64,000 bases of DNA, taken from positions 168 through 64,167 of the forward strand of contig JACFNL010000009.1 of assembly GCA_019454875.1 (NCBI GenBank), in the 5' to 3' direction. Source of the stretch: Candidatus Cloacimonadota bacterium. GTDB lineage: Bacteria; Muiribacteriota; UBA6191. Below are positions 26,660 through 38,500 of the stretch, one piece after another (within the stretch, counting starts at the first letter, position 1; each line of letters starts with the position of its first letter). The position numbers and the translations under genes are program-made. The notes beneath the pieces are model-generated. The model worked only from the letters and a program-made list of their open reading frames with translations, made no database searches and had not been told where the DNA came from.

Positions 26660-28441
26660 TCAAAATGAGAGGGTGGCACGGGCTTCAGCCCAGTTGCCAG
26701 TAGTTAAAGGAACAGGGATTTCTACACTAAGGGAGGACAGTTGCCTGTCTTCCCCATCAAGCATTCCATTTTCATTGGTATCGTGAAGTATGGCGATCTT
26801 TAATTTGCGACCCACGGGAAGCTCATAAAAGGTCAGACTGTTGGAATAGAGAAAATCTGCTTTTAATAGTTCATCCTTGGGGGGATTCAGAATCTGTATG
26901 TAATAGGTCCCCTCATTAGGAGTTGTTATCTCCAATTGACCCCGGTTTACAGGGGATAGCTCGAGATATGCATTGATTCTAGGGGTTTTCTGAGGATCAA
27001 AGGTAGTGCAAAACTCCCGTTCCATCAAACTCAGATCACTGTTTTCATCAAAATCAGGACAGGCCATAACTGGTTCAGGTCTTTGCCAGTCAATCTGAAA
27101 GGGGATAGCTCCATCCGTTGTGGCACTGCTTAGTGCGAAGGATCCTAAAACATTTTCAATATTGGGAAAGCTGGTATTCTGGTACAGCACGATTTTTCCA
27201 GCCCTTAAACTGGAATGAGTATGGATTACTCCGGAAATACCAGATTTAGGGTTATTGGGAAGTTTCAGATCCCAGCTACTGTAGTCCTCGCGTAAATCCA
27301 GCCGGATAGATTGTACTGATGTACGGGATAAGGGTGCATCAGACCAGGCATTTTCAGTATCATAAAAGATAAAGTCATAATAGTCCTTAAGAAGGAATGG
27401 AAACTCTGAAACCTGACTGGGCGAAATCCTGGCCAGAATCTGATCGCGAATGCGAATATCTAGCCAGTTTTGGGGGGCTTCATTTTTGAGCTTGACCTCA
27501 ATATGTTCGTTAAAGGTGTGGGTGATTTCAGTTTTGTTAACATGTTTAACCTCATCAAGGGTAAAGATCAACACATCATCAGCAAACGGATAACTAAACT
27601 GTATCAGCCAGTTGCCGGGCTCAAGATCATGAAGTTTGAGAACATCCTTATTAGAGCAGGCTCTGGGCATTTCTCCAAAATCCCTGTAAATACAGACCTC
27701 AAGTCGATCCGGCTTGTTTATCATTTCCAGGGAAAAGGGGCGGAAGGGCACCAGATATTCCACAGAAATTTCGGCCTTTGGTGCAAACTGACCCAGATAA
27801 GAAACAGAAAGAGGATTTAAAGCCTCAAGAATCCCGTTTTGTTGTTTGTCCTCAAGAATTACAAATCCAGATACATCTTCCATGACAGGCAAAATAAGTG
27901 AGCCATTTGCAGGCAAGGGTAAACTGAACATCCCCTGCATGGATTTACTTAGGAGCATTACACCAAGCTTTTCGTTGGGGGGTAGGCTTTTAACATCAAC
28001 AAAATATCCAGGCAAAGCATCCAAATCAAACAGGATTTGTTCCTTATCCTGAGGGTGGCTAACAGGGCTTTTTGGATGTAACCAGACTGGCTCCATCGGT
28101 AAATCAATCAATCCATTTTTATTTTTATCCTCGTAGATTCCTAAAACCCAGTTACCACGAGCGATAAATGAGAATTGAAATGTCTGGTTCTCTACAGGGG
28201 TCTGGTAGTTTGGGGCTAGAAGTCCATAATATCTTCTGGTGTTGATGGAGTCAGGTTGCAGGGCAAATGCAAACAGGAGTTTATCTTCCCCCCCATACAC
28301 CTTGCCTGACAGGATATCTAGTGGGGCATCTATGGTCTGAAACACAGCTGCCACCGGCTTGGAATTGGCAACAGCTGTATTTACAATCAAAAAAGCGAGT
28401 ACTAGCAGGCAGACCATGCTAGATATTCTCTCACTTAACAA
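26660..28441 (-). CDS. Secreted protein with two DUF2141-like D-x-N-x-N-G loops
   Basis: 593 aa with a signal peptide (MVCLLVLAFLIVNTAVANS). WVLGIYEDKNKNGLIDLP lies near the N-terminus and LKIAILHDTNENGMLDGED near the C-terminus. It overlaps the leuS stop by 11 nt (or starts at ATG 28417). Confidence 0.55.
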   Translation of the reverse strand: MLSERISSMVCLLVLAFLIVNTAVANSKPVAAVFQTIDAPLDILSGKVYGGEDKLLFAFALQPDSINTRRYYGLLAPNYQTPVENQTFQFSFIARGNWVLGIYEDKNKNGLIDLPMEPVWLHPKSPVSHPQDKEQILFDLDALPGYFVDVKSLPPNEKLGVMLLSKSMQGMFSLPLPANGSLILPVMEDVSGFVILEDKQQNGILEALNPLSVSYLGQFAPKAEISVEYLVPFRPFSLEMINKPDRLEVCIYRDFGEMPRACSNKDVLKLHDLEPGNWLIQFSYPFADDVLIFTLDEVKHVNKTEITHTFNEHIEVKLKNEAPQNWLDIRIRDQILARISPSQVSEFPFLLKDYYDFIFYDTENAWSDAPLSRTSVQSIRLDLREDYSSWDLKLPNNPKSGISGVIHTHSSLRAGKIVLYQNTSFPNIENVLGSFALSSATTDGAIPFQIDWQRPEPVMACPDFDENSDLSLMEREFCTTFDPQKTPRINAYLELSPVNRGQLEITTPNEGTYYIQILNPPKDELLKADFLYSNSLTFYELPVGRKLKIAILHDTNENGMLDGEDRQLSSLSVEIPVPLTTGNWAEARATLSF

Positions 28442-30848
28442 CCAGATTGAGAAGTTTGTCAGGGACCAGAATCACTTTTACAGGTTCTTTTCCTTCCAGA
28501 TATTTTTGCACTTTTTCCGAGGCACGGGCCATTTTTAGGCATTCCTCCTGATTTAATCCAGGAGTGATCTGAATCTGATCCCTGACTTTTCCATTGATCT
28601 GAATGACCAGGGTTACCATATTTTCAATCAGATATTCTTCATTAGCCACGGGCCAGATACATTGACTGATGGAACTGCTATGGCCAAGTTTCTGCCACAA
28701 TTCTTCACAGATATGAGGTGCAAAACCAGACAATAAAATCAGAAGTGTTTCTACGGATGATTTAGATAAAGCCTCCTGCTTTTTAAACTCGTTTAGGCAT
28801 TCCATCATCTTGGCAATTGCAGTGTTAAAATACAGGCGATCAATGTCCGCTGTAACATCACGAATGGTACGGTGAAGGACTCTTAATGTCTCAAGACTGT
28901 CCTGAGAGCAAAAGGTCACGGCATTTCCATGATCATCTTCTACCAAAGACCAGATGCGGCGCAAAAATTTACTCAGTCCGGTAATATTGTCTGTATTCCA
29001 GTTTTTAACCCGGTCCAGTGGACCCATGAACATTTCATAAAGTCGAAAGGAATCGGCTCCAAAACGGGCAACAATATCATCAGGATTGATTACATTGCCT
29101 AAAGACTTGGACATTTTTTGACCGTCTTCCCCAAGAATCATTCCCTGATTAAAGAGTTTTTTAAAGGGTTCACTCGTGCTGACAAGGCCAAGATCATAAA
29201 GAACCTTATGCCAGAAACGGGCATAAATAAGGTGCAGTACAGCATGTTCTGCCCCTCCAAGATAAAGATCCACATTCATCCAGTATTTTTCAGCCTCTTC
29301 GTCCACAAACCTATGCTGGCAGTCAGGAGAGATGAAGCGCAGATAGTACCAGCAGGAACCGGCCCATTGTGGCATGGTGTTAGTTTCAAGCTTTCCTCGA
29401 ATTCCTTTGTATGTATAATTCACCCAGGAATCGATTGTGGCCAGAGGACTTTCTCCTGTACCGGAGGGTTCGTAACTTTCAACATCAGGCAGAACCAGGG
29501 GTAAGTCGGCCTCATCAATGGCTATCTGTTCTCCCTGCTCTGTATAAAGAATTGGGATTGGTTCACCCCAGTATCTTTGCCTTGAAAAGAGCCAGTCCCG
29601 TAATTTGTATTGGATGGTGCGTTTTCCGAGCCCTGCCGTTTCAAGCCAGAGGATTGTTTTTTCGATGGCTTCACTGACATTAAGTCCATTCAGATTCAAT
29701 TCAGAGTTTTGAGAATTGATAATTGTGCCGCCAACCCTTTGTACAATTGCTCCCTTAGGCAGTTCACCACCTTCAAGAATTTCTACAATTTCCAGTCCAA
29801 ACTTTGTGGCAAACTCATAGTCTCTATCATCATTGGCAGGGACAGCCATAATGGCACCGGAGCCATAGCTGATGAGAACATAATCTGAAATCCATACGGG
29901 AATTTTTTTGCCTGTCAGGGGATTTATGGCATATCCACCAGTAAACACACCAGATTTTTCCTTCTGCAACTCGGTTCTTTCCAGATCCGATTTTAAGGAT
30001 GCCTGGCGGCGATACAAGTCGACATCCTGTTTATGTGCAGGTTTTGTTATTTTGTCTACCAGGGGGTGTTCCGGGGCAATTACCATAAACGAGGCACCAA
30101 ACATGGTATCTGGTCTGGTGGTGTAAATATCCAGGCTTTCTGTCAGTCCATCCAGGGCAAAGAAGGCAGTACATCCCTCAGATCGTCCAATCCAGTTTCT
30201 TTGCATTTCTTTGAGATGAACGGGCCAGTCCAAATCATCTAGCCCATCAAGAAGTTTTTGGGCATAGGCTGTGATTTTTAACATCCACTGGCGCATAGGC
30301 CGTTTCACAACTGTGTAACCCTGATCGACATGATCCTGAACTTCCTCATTGGCTAAAACCGTTTTTAACTCCTCACACCAGTTCACAGGTGCATCAGAAG
30401 GATAGGCCAGGCCCTTTTTGTAAAGCTGCAAAAATATCCATTGGGTCCAGCGATAATAAGAAGGATCGGTTGTGTTGATTTCCCGCTTCCAGTCATAGGA
30501 AAAACCCAGCATTTTTAACTGTTTGCGAAAATTATCTATATTTTTTCTATTGCTGGCCTCAGGATGGGTTTTAGTCTTTAAAGCATGTTTTTCTGCAGGA
30601 AGACCAAAGGCATCCCAGCCCATAGGATGCAGGACATTAAATCCCTGCATGCGTTTGGTTCTAGCCAGAATGTCGGTGGCTGTATAACCTTCGGGATGCC
30701 CGACATGGAGACCCGAGCCACTAGGGTATGGGAACATGTCTAAAATGTAGTATTTGGGTTTCTGGAAATCATCTGGGGTTTTGAATGTATGATTTTCTTC
30801 CCAGTAGTTTTGCCACTTGGGTTCAATTTCCTCGGGTCGGTATGCCAT
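28431..30848 (-). CDS. leuS: Leucine--tRNA ligase
   Basis: 805 aa with HVGHPEGY (HIGH motif), KMSKSLGN (KMSKS motif) and the bacterial LeuRS editing-domain layout. Confidence 0.97.
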   Translation of the reverse strand: MAYRPEEIEPKWQNYWEENHTFKTPDDFQKPKYYILDMFPYPSGSGLHVGHPEGYTATDILARTKRMQGFNVLHPMGWDAFGLPAEKHALKTKTHPEASNRKNIDNFRKQLKMLGFSYDWKREINTTDPSYYRWTQWIFLQLYKKGLAYPSDAPVNWCEELKTVLANEEVQDHVDQGYTVVKRPMRQWMLKITAYAQKLLDGLDDLDWPVHLKEMQRNWIGRSEGCTAFFALDGLTESLDIYTTRPDTMFGASFMVIAPEHPLVDKITKPAHKQDVDLYRRQASLKSDLERTELQKEKSGVFTGGYAINPLTGKKIPVWISDYVLISYGSGAIMAVPANDDRDYEFATKFGLEIVEILEGGELPKGAIVQRVGGTIINSQNSELNLNGLNVSEAIEKTILWLETAGLGKRTIQYKLRDWLFSRQRYWGEPIPILYTEQGEQIAIDEADLPLVLPDVESYEPSGTGESPLATIDSWVNYTYKGIRGKLETNTMPQWAGSCWYYLRFISPDCQHRFVDEEAEKYWMNVDLYLGGAEHAVLHLIYARFWHKVLYDLGLVSTSEPFKKLFNQGMILGEDGQKMSKSLGNVINPDDIVARFGADSFRLYEMFMGPLDRVKNWNTDNITGLSKFLRRIWSLVEDDHGNAVTFCSQDSLETLRVLHRTIRDVTADIDRLYFNTAIAKMMECLNEFKKQEALSKSSVETLLILLSGFAPHICEELWQKLGHSSSISQCIWPVANEEYLIENMVTLVIQINGKVRDQIQITPGLNQEECLKMARASEKVQKYLEGKEPVKVILVPDKLLNLVVK

Positions 30849-30922
30849 GATCGGTAATCCTTATGTCAGACAAATAATTCCGAGGCATCTTATCACAGCC
30901 TTGGAAGTGATATAATAAGCCT

Positions 30923-31423
30923 ATGAAAAATTGGATTTTCTTCTTTATGCTTCTTGGTGGGCTTTATGCCTCGGGTGCGGGACTTCCAGGCTTTGATCCA
31001 GCTTACCCCAGACCAGCAACAGAGCCATTCACTCCACCCTCTGCTCATGAGGATGATCCCGGTGTATCGGATGGGTATCCAGGGATACCGCATCCCCATC
31101 CTGATCCAGGATTTCCCGATGCTAGCTGTATGCATTTAATGCAGCAGATCCAGATGCTTCAGGAACAGGTACGCGCATTGGAAACAGTGATTTTCAGGCT
31201 TCAGTCTATGAACCCTGCAACAGATACCTGTGAAAACGGGATTAGCCGTATTCGTATGGCAGTGGAAAACTACAGGCAGGACAAAGAGAAGGAAATTGAG
31301 TTTCAAGGCGGGCGGGCGGAATTTGTGAGACTATTCTCTGAGGGGTATCTGAAATCCATACCGGAATGGTATTCTCAGGTTCACTCCGTGAAAAATGAGA
31401 TTAAATGTGTGCGTGGGAGATAA
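30923..31423 (+). CDS. Small secreted Pro-rich / coiled-coil protein
   Basis: 166 aa with signal peptide MKNWIFFFMLLGGLYASGA, a Pro/Asp/Gly-rich stretch, then a heptad-like segment (MQQIQMLQEQVRALETVIFRLQ). Confidence 0.5.
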   Translation: MKNWIFFFMLLGGLYASGAGLPGFDPAYPRPATEPFTPPSAHEDDPGVSDGYPGIPHPHPDPGFPDASCMHLMQQIQMLQEQVRALETVIFRLQSMNPATDTCENGISRIRMAVENYRQDKEKEIEFQGGRAEFVRLFSEGYLKSIPEWYSQVHSVKNEIKCVRGR

Positions 31424-31424
31424 T

Positions 31425-31784
31425 ATGTCGCAGAAGGATATCGAAGCAGAAGTTCTTAGAATGGAAACAGAATGTGTCTTGAAAATTTTTCCGGAATTTG
31501 AGAAGACGCAATCCTCACAACTGGCCATGGTTCTTGAATTGGTCAGCCTTCAGTGGCTCTCGTCGAGCCTTCTGGTTAAAAAACATAAACGGGAAGCAGA
31601 TCGGATGAATCAGGTGATTATGTCCATTGTGTTTCGCTCCATGAATAGCTTTGATGACTTTGAAAAAAGTATTATCAAAGCCAAAATTCTGGATCAGAAT
31701 ATTATGGTTCCGGCTTTGCAGCTGTGGATGAAAACCAAAGAATCCATTCATAACTATCTCCAGAAATCCCGTGCAATTGGCTGA
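31425..31784 (+). CDS. Hypothetical protein
   Basis: 119 aa from ATG 31425 (GGGAGA RBS, 1 nt after the upstream stop). No motif recognised. Confidence 0.4.
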   Translation: MSQKDIEAEVLRMETECVLKIFPEFEKTQSSQLAMVLELVSLQWLSSSLLVKKHKREADRMNQVIMSIVFRSMNSFDDFEKSIIKAKILDQNIMVPALQLWMKTKESIHNYLQKSRAIG

Positions 31785-32583
31785 TTTTTCTTCTTTGTGG
31801 GCCTTGATTCTGCTCCTGATTCCCTTTCTGTTCTGGAGGGATATGATTACTCTGGACGAAAGGCTTAAGGATCCCGAAAATTACTGGCTTGGGGCTTTTC
31901 ATATTTTTGACTGGAATCTTCTAGAGATTCAACATTTAGTTAAAGAGTTTGAAGCCGATCCATTAAAGATGCATTCAGCTACCGGGGTGGTGGCTAGCCC
32001 TGAGGTTTCACTCAGTACCAGGATGTTTTATATTCAGGCCCTTGCCAGGGTAGGGGGACAGTTTGCTGCCGAGATATTGTTTGGGATCGTATATTCAAAC
32101 AACACGGAGTGGAGACTTAGGGTTCGTGCCCTCGTCATGTTGGGGTTCTGTGATGATTTGACTGAGGAAAGTCTTGATGAACTGCACAACCTGACCCGTC
32201 GTGGATTAGGACCTGATGCTCCTGAAGAGGTTCGCAATTCGGCTCTCTTAGCTTTTGGAACCCAGATTCAGAAAATCTGTCGTGATATTGAGGGTTCAGA
32301 GGACAGGTGGTTTGAAGTAATTGAAGCCGTCTGTAACCTGCCCGAGTTTGCCCATAGTTCGGTTTCCGTATTTGCCATGGCCAATACAAGACTTCCCCAG
32401 GCCGCAGAATACCTCTACCGTGCTCTTGAGGATCAGGATCCACAAAGACGATATGATGTGGCAGCAGTGTTACAGATCTTTCCTGGGCCCAGAACCCGGG
32501 ATCATCTTCGCAAGGCTATGGCTCTTGAAGATGATCCTGAGATACGCAAGCGTCTGGAAAAAAGTCTGCGCGCAATTCTTTAG
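31771..32583 (+). CDS. Membrane-anchored HEAT/ARM-like repeat protein
   Basis: N-terminal hydrophobic helix (FSSLWALILLLIPFLFW), then helical repeats with HEAT-like signatures (EWRLRVRALVMLGF, PEEVRNSALLAFG, DPQRRYDVAAVL, DPEIRKRLEKSL). 4-nt convergent overlap with the A2M gene. Confidence 0.5.
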   Translation: MQLADFSSLWALILLLIPFLFWRDMITLDERLKDPENYWLGAFHIFDWNLLEIQHLVKEFEADPLKMHSATGVVASPEVSLSTRMFYIQALARVGGQFAAEILFGIVYSNNTEWRLRVRALVMLGFCDDLTEESLDELHNLTRRGLGPDAPEEVRNSALLAFGTQIQKICRDIEGSEDRWFEVIEAVCNLPEFAHSSVSVFAMANTRLPQAAEYLYRALEDQDPQRRYDVAAVLQIFPGPRTRDHLRKAMALEDDPEIRKRLEKSLRAIL

Positions 32584-35500
32584 TCATTTATCCTAAGTAA
32601 AAAGCTCTGGGAGTGGGCGGCAAACTCAGGCGCGTACAGGGATCGGATTTCACTCAGTCCAGTTTCAAATGATCCCTTGTGAAATACCTTAAGAGGGGCT
32701 TCAAATACATAGGTCCCTACAGGCATGTACTCAATATAATAGTGGGTGGCTGTATCCTTTGTAGACTCATAGTAGGCCAGTCCGTCCCGATAACGCCAGC
32801 CGCTCAGAACAACACCGGGTTCTGTTCCAGAGGCTCTGGACTGTTTCAGATGGACATACTCCAGATCCCGATCGGTTTTAAGAATGAGACGGCTGACTAT
32901 GGTATCTCCTACCTTTGGCTCAGTGTCTGCAATTGGAACCAGAATCTCGCCTGCATCGGAATCCCTTTTTACAAATACCTGGGCTTCCAGAGAGAGGGCT
33001 CCCCCATGATGCGGAGTAATTTTGGAAATGTCTTCAAAATAGTGCCAGTGCAGGCCGCCCCAGGCAATTCCATCCTCCTGTTTTTCCAAAACGATATTAC
33101 CAAAGGATGCTTCGATCTCCCGCTTTTGAAACGACTTTTCATAAAAGCCAGTGCCAGCTTCCACCTTATCGGGATTGATGGCCACATTACCCAAAAGCAC
33201 CCTGGTGATTTCTGTGGATGACAATAAATCGCTACCGCTACTTAATAGGGCATGCACGGCATTAGTTGTTGCGGTGGTGGTTTTCCAGTCCCTGGTCTGT
33301 TTCTGTTTCAATAACCAGATTTTTAAATTTTTTATATCCTGCTCCGAGGCATTTAACTCGGAAAACACCTCAACCATCATGGCCTGAGTTTCAATGGGGG
33401 CACGGTACCAGAAGTGAGAAATCTCTGTGTCCTTCCAATAAAGTCCCATTTCCTCACTAAAAGAAGACCTTTCCTTTAAGGATTTAAGAATCAGGGCAGG
33501 GATGTCTTTATCATTGTTTCTAAGAAGGGCCAGGGCTGTATGTCCTTCACTCATACGATTCCCAAGTTTTGTCCAGTACTTGCGGGCCTGTTCCAGAAAG
33601 TATTCATAGGCCAGACGGTTTTCTGAAGCAATGGATACATCATTGAGAAAAAATGATCGGGCATAAAGGTATAGGGCGATGGTATTTGTGTAGTTGTTTT
33701 CCTCAAGCCGTTTGTATCTGATTATGGATTCATAAGTTTTACGAATTTCCTGATCCAGCCAGGGCAGGGCCTTATGAACCATCTCCTGATCCACCGCAAC
33801 TCCCATATGGATTAGTCTTCCAAAACCGGAGGCAATATGCAGGGTGGTGTAAAAGCTAGGCCGCCCTTCGGGAAACCAGGGCCAGGCTCCATCAGAGAGC
33901 TGCATGGTTTTGAGTTTTTTGGTTGCCGAGGCGACTTCGGAGGCTAATCTGTTTTCATCTAAAAAGTTGGCCAGTCTGGCCTTATTTTTTTCCTCAGCCT
34001 GTGCATCCAGTACCCAGGGGGTTTCCAGTAAACCAACAGATTTTAAGGATTCATTTTTGGATAACTGGGACTTCATCGCATCAGTACCTTTCCACTGCTC
34101 AAGAACAGTTCTGATTTGTGGGTAGCCCCGTATAACTTTAGAACCCAGTAGATTGGCATAGAGTCGGGCAAAGGCACAGTCTATGGATTCATTTGTAGCT
34201 TCTTCCAGAAATGGCAGGGCCTGCAGAGCATACCAGGCAGGATTTGAGGCAATCTGCAAAACCAGCCGTTCGTGACTCAGGGTAGATGAGGAATCGGAAT
34301 AAAGCAGTTTATCAAATTCAAAGGTTTTGCGACCAGTACCGCTGATCCAAAGAGGGATGGATTCCTGAACAAAAATCCGTCTTGGCAATACGGATAAAAG
34401 CTGTTCTTCTCCATCACTCAAATTTGCGGACCGAACCGTGATTTCCCAGCGGATTGGATGAGTAATATCGGGCACAATTACCGGAAAACGGGCGGTTTCA
34501 CTCTGTCTTTTTGGTATTTGTATTTCCAGAACCGAAGAAGCACATAAATCGCTTGTGATTTCTGCGCCAGTCATTGCATTAAAGAAGCGGATTCTGGCTT
34601 CAACCGTCATTTCAGCATCGGTCAGATTACTGATTTTACCGGGGAAATGGATTGTATCTCCCTGTCTTAAAAATCTAGGGGGATTTGGCTCAACCATCAA
34701 ATCTTTCTGGGTTACAATACTTGTGCTGATTAACCCTGATTGCATGGATTGACTATGGGCCAGGGCCATAAACTTCCATCTTGTCAGGGAATCAGGCATA
34801 GTAAATTCCAAGGATACAGTTCCATCATCAGAAACACTGAGATGAGGCTTAAAAAAAGCAGTTTCCCTAAGGTCTGTTCTTGTGGTAACTGGAGGAGGAG
34901 TAGGGGATTTAATTCCGTTTTTCACAACGGAACCCCCCTCGGCTTTTTCCTTAAGCTCCATAGATGATCCTGGGGCCGAAGCTGGCATGGGTGCCCCAGC
35001 AAATGCATCCACCGCCATCATGGATTCGGCTTCTCCATCCATACTTAAAGACTGTTTGCTCATCAGCCTTCCCATTGGCATGCCTCTTCGCTGCAATTCC
35101 ACAGGGAAAAATCGTGAGAAATAATACCGGATCTGGGATGGAAGAACTGGATGCCTTCTATCGACACTGGCGTGGCGGATCTGATGTCTGTCAATCCAGT
35201 GCAAAAAATCCTTAAGAACCAGATTGATTTCCGGTTCAGATGCCTCGGAGTCCTGGTAGAACAAATCTGAAAAGCCCTTCCAGGAATGGGGCATGTAGGC
35301 ATCCAAAGATTGATCATAAAGAGTTGCTAGCACTTCAGCCGGATCCAGGGGTTTATCCTTACCTTTTACCTTGATTTTCCAGGTTTCAGTTTCACCGGGA
35401 CTTAACTTGGAGCGGAAGGTCTCAAAACTCAAGTCCAGTTCCTGGGCCACAAAGGGAACCTGAATCTTTTTTGAGAACTGATAGATCTGGTTTTCCTGAA

Positions 35501-38500
35501 CAAAGAGGATTTGCAGAGTAAATCCCCCCTTAAGTTTTTCTGAGACAGGGTACACAATATCAATTCCATTTTTGCCATTTCTCCAGGAAACATCAAGCAC
35601 CTGATTTTTGTGGAGAATACTGACTAGCACCGAAGGGTTCTGGTATCCGGTACCAAAATAGGCCTTTAGGGACTGTCCTGGTAAAACAGATTCTGACTCC
35701 ACAGCAAAAAATGCGGGCAGAGGCAGATCGAATTTATCGGATGCTTCTTTTAAGACCACAAAATTGTGGGTGGTACTGATGGACTCAGACTGGGAATCCT
35801 GAGTATTCAGAATGGCTCTGTAGGCCCCGGCTGGCAGACGGACATTGACAGAAGCCACCCCAACAGGTGCATCGTAGTCCACGGTTTGAATCACAGATTG
35901 GGTTTCCCAGTGATCTATGTTTGCCAGATCACGGGTGTTATTGTCCCTTTGACGGAACCAGTCCCACCAGCTCCATTGTCTAGGGCTTGATTGGCGCACT
36001 GGTTTGGCCGGGCCTTTGAGAGCATAAATGGTTATTGTTCCCCGATTGGATACCGGTTTCTGGTTGCGGTTCTGTATTTGAACCTTTAATGGAACTTCCT
36101 TATTTTCTTTTAACCACTCATCGGTACTGACTGTGGCAGCAATGGCCTTGTATCCTAGAGCAACCGAGGTTTCTGAGTCCCTGACTTCTCCTGAACTGTC
36201 TATTACCTCGGCAAACACGGTGTAAAAAAAGGTGGGATCTGTTGCTGGATCCACCCTTTTATCAGCATGGGCCATAAAGCTGAATTTAAATTTGCCCTCG
36301 GAGTCAGTGATGGCCTCACCCCCAGCAATTTCTCTGGAACCGGCAAAGGGGTTTCCAAACCGCCACCACCAGGGCATTCTGACTTCCCGTTTGATTCGAT
36401 AACGAACCTTTTGATGGCTCATGGATGCCCCAGAATAGGCCACAGCCTTCCCGGTGATTTCCACACTCTGGTTCAATCGGGGTTCGCCTTCCACCTGGTC
36501 CAGTATCACTTCAAACTTAGGCCTTTTGTATTCCTCCACCTGAACAAAGATGCTGCCTGAGGGGTTTTGGGTAGATATGGTATATCTTCCTGTCAGGCGA
36601 TCTGTTGGAATCGTAAAACTTCCCGAGAAAGAACCAAGTTCATTGGCATTAACCTTAACAGTTTCAATAACCTGCCAGTTGGCATCTTTAAAATCTACGC
36701 TGACATTACGGCAGGGCTGGGTTTTATAGTTAAGAGCCTGATGATTCACCTGCACACAGATACCCTTAAAGCGGATAGTCTGTCCGGGTCTGTACATGGA
36801 ACGGTCACTATATAACTTTACGCTTGTACTTGGTTCTGATTCTCTTCTCCATCCAAACCCCTGCATTTCTCGAAACCAGACATCCCCATTATTGGGAGAC
36901 TTGACATGGATCAAAAAGGAGTTGTTGCGTCGGCCCTGTTTTTCCAGGCGATAGTAGCCATCCTGATTGCTTTTTACGGTACGGGAGAGGGTATAAAATC
37001 CATTATTATTTTGTGAATAAAACAGAACCTCCAGATTTTGTAGAGGTTTTCCTGAATTGGCATCCAGAAGATACCCGTCAATAGCATCACCGAGGGCCCG
37101 TAGGGTCATCTGGGTATCAGTCACAAAAAACGCGGTCTGATTGACTCTGGTCTGATTCTGATTGCGAAAATGCGGTTTGTCCGAGATAAAAATTCTGTAA
37201 TAGCCATGTTTGAGGCCGGGAATAACAATCTCTTTTTCTAGTTCCCTGAAGTCGGGGGTAGGGGGAAGTTCTACCTCAAACTGGGTTAGAGGTTTTGTTT
37301 TTAAAAGCCTTTCTCCATCATCTTCATTAATCCAGTCTCCGGGGGTTTCCCAGGCTTCTTTCATACTGTCTTCATAGTTTTGAGCATAAATTCGGATGTA
37401 CAGTCTGGTCAGGTTTTTGTACTTCAGCAAGGCTTTGGAGTTGATGGAATTAATTGTATGTTCCATCTGGACAGAAAACTCTGGTTTAAGAATTTCTGAG
37501 TTCAGTTGTTCACACAACCTAGCCCCGTCACTTCCCGGAAAGAGTGAGATGGCAAAGTCACAGTGTTGTTTGGCAGTGACCAGATTAAGATCGGCCATTG
37601 CTTTTTTGGCAATCAGATGCCAGACCATCGTAACCGTTGGGACATCGGCATAGATTTTTACAAATTCTTCATATCTTTGGGCCAGGGTTTCATCAAGTCC
37701 ACCCTGATTGGCCAGGCTTCCCAAGGATTGAAGCCTTTCCAGATCCACACTCAAAATGGCATCCCTGTCGCGCATCTGCACCATTTTCAGTATAGACTGC
37801 CAATGGCGAACTACCTTTAACCGTGGTGATTCTTCATCTTTGGTTACGGGACTCCACTCCAAAAAGGTTTCAAGCTTTGCAAAACCATCATTAAAAGCAT
37901 CCAGTTCAAAGGCCTCTCTTGGGGCTTTTATGGAGCCGGATGCCTGGGTATGAATCTCAATGGCTAGCCTTGATATAAGCTCATAGGCCGTAGCACAATG
38001 GCTTTGAGGCAATGTACCTTCTTCCACCAGACTGCTTAGATCATAAATGGGGATGTTTTTTAAGGTTTCTCCTAAAAGAGCCTCATCCAGAAGTTCGGTG
38101 ACTCTTTTATAAATTGTTGGCAGATCCCAGGTAGTAAAGTCATCACTCTGTATGGTGGAGGATTCTGTTCTTTGATTGATTCTCCATTGGTTCTGTTGAT
38201 AATAGTGCCAGTACCAGAGCCCTAAAATGGCCTTTAACATGGGGATAGATTCCGAAGGGGAGTTTTGAATCAGGGATTCGAGTTCTCTGACTTTTTCTTC
38301 GGGCTTACTGCCGGCCATATCGGCCTGGTTAACCACTTTTTTTGCCAGAAGTTTGATGTACATGCCCTTATCGTCAGCCCAATTGAGGTGGCTTAAGGCG
38401 GCCAGCAGATGTTCAAGTGCAGTTTTGGGCAGCTTGTTTTCCTCAGCTTCTTCAGCCAGCCTCAGTTCATTGTGAACCTTGGGGGAAACGCTGGCTTCAC

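Noticed and set aside
37500-37540. RLCEQL in the A2M protein as a thioester site
   Set aside because: The spacing is wrong (CEQ, not CxEQ) and the location is wrong (N-terminal helical region, about residue 345, rather than the TED region). Nucleotide coordinates are approximate.
33923-37953. Numerous 60-100-aa plus-strand ORFs inside the A2M gene, and similar ones inside gspE, leuS and actB
   Set aside because: They are antisense shadows within long, well-supported ORFs, with no motifs.
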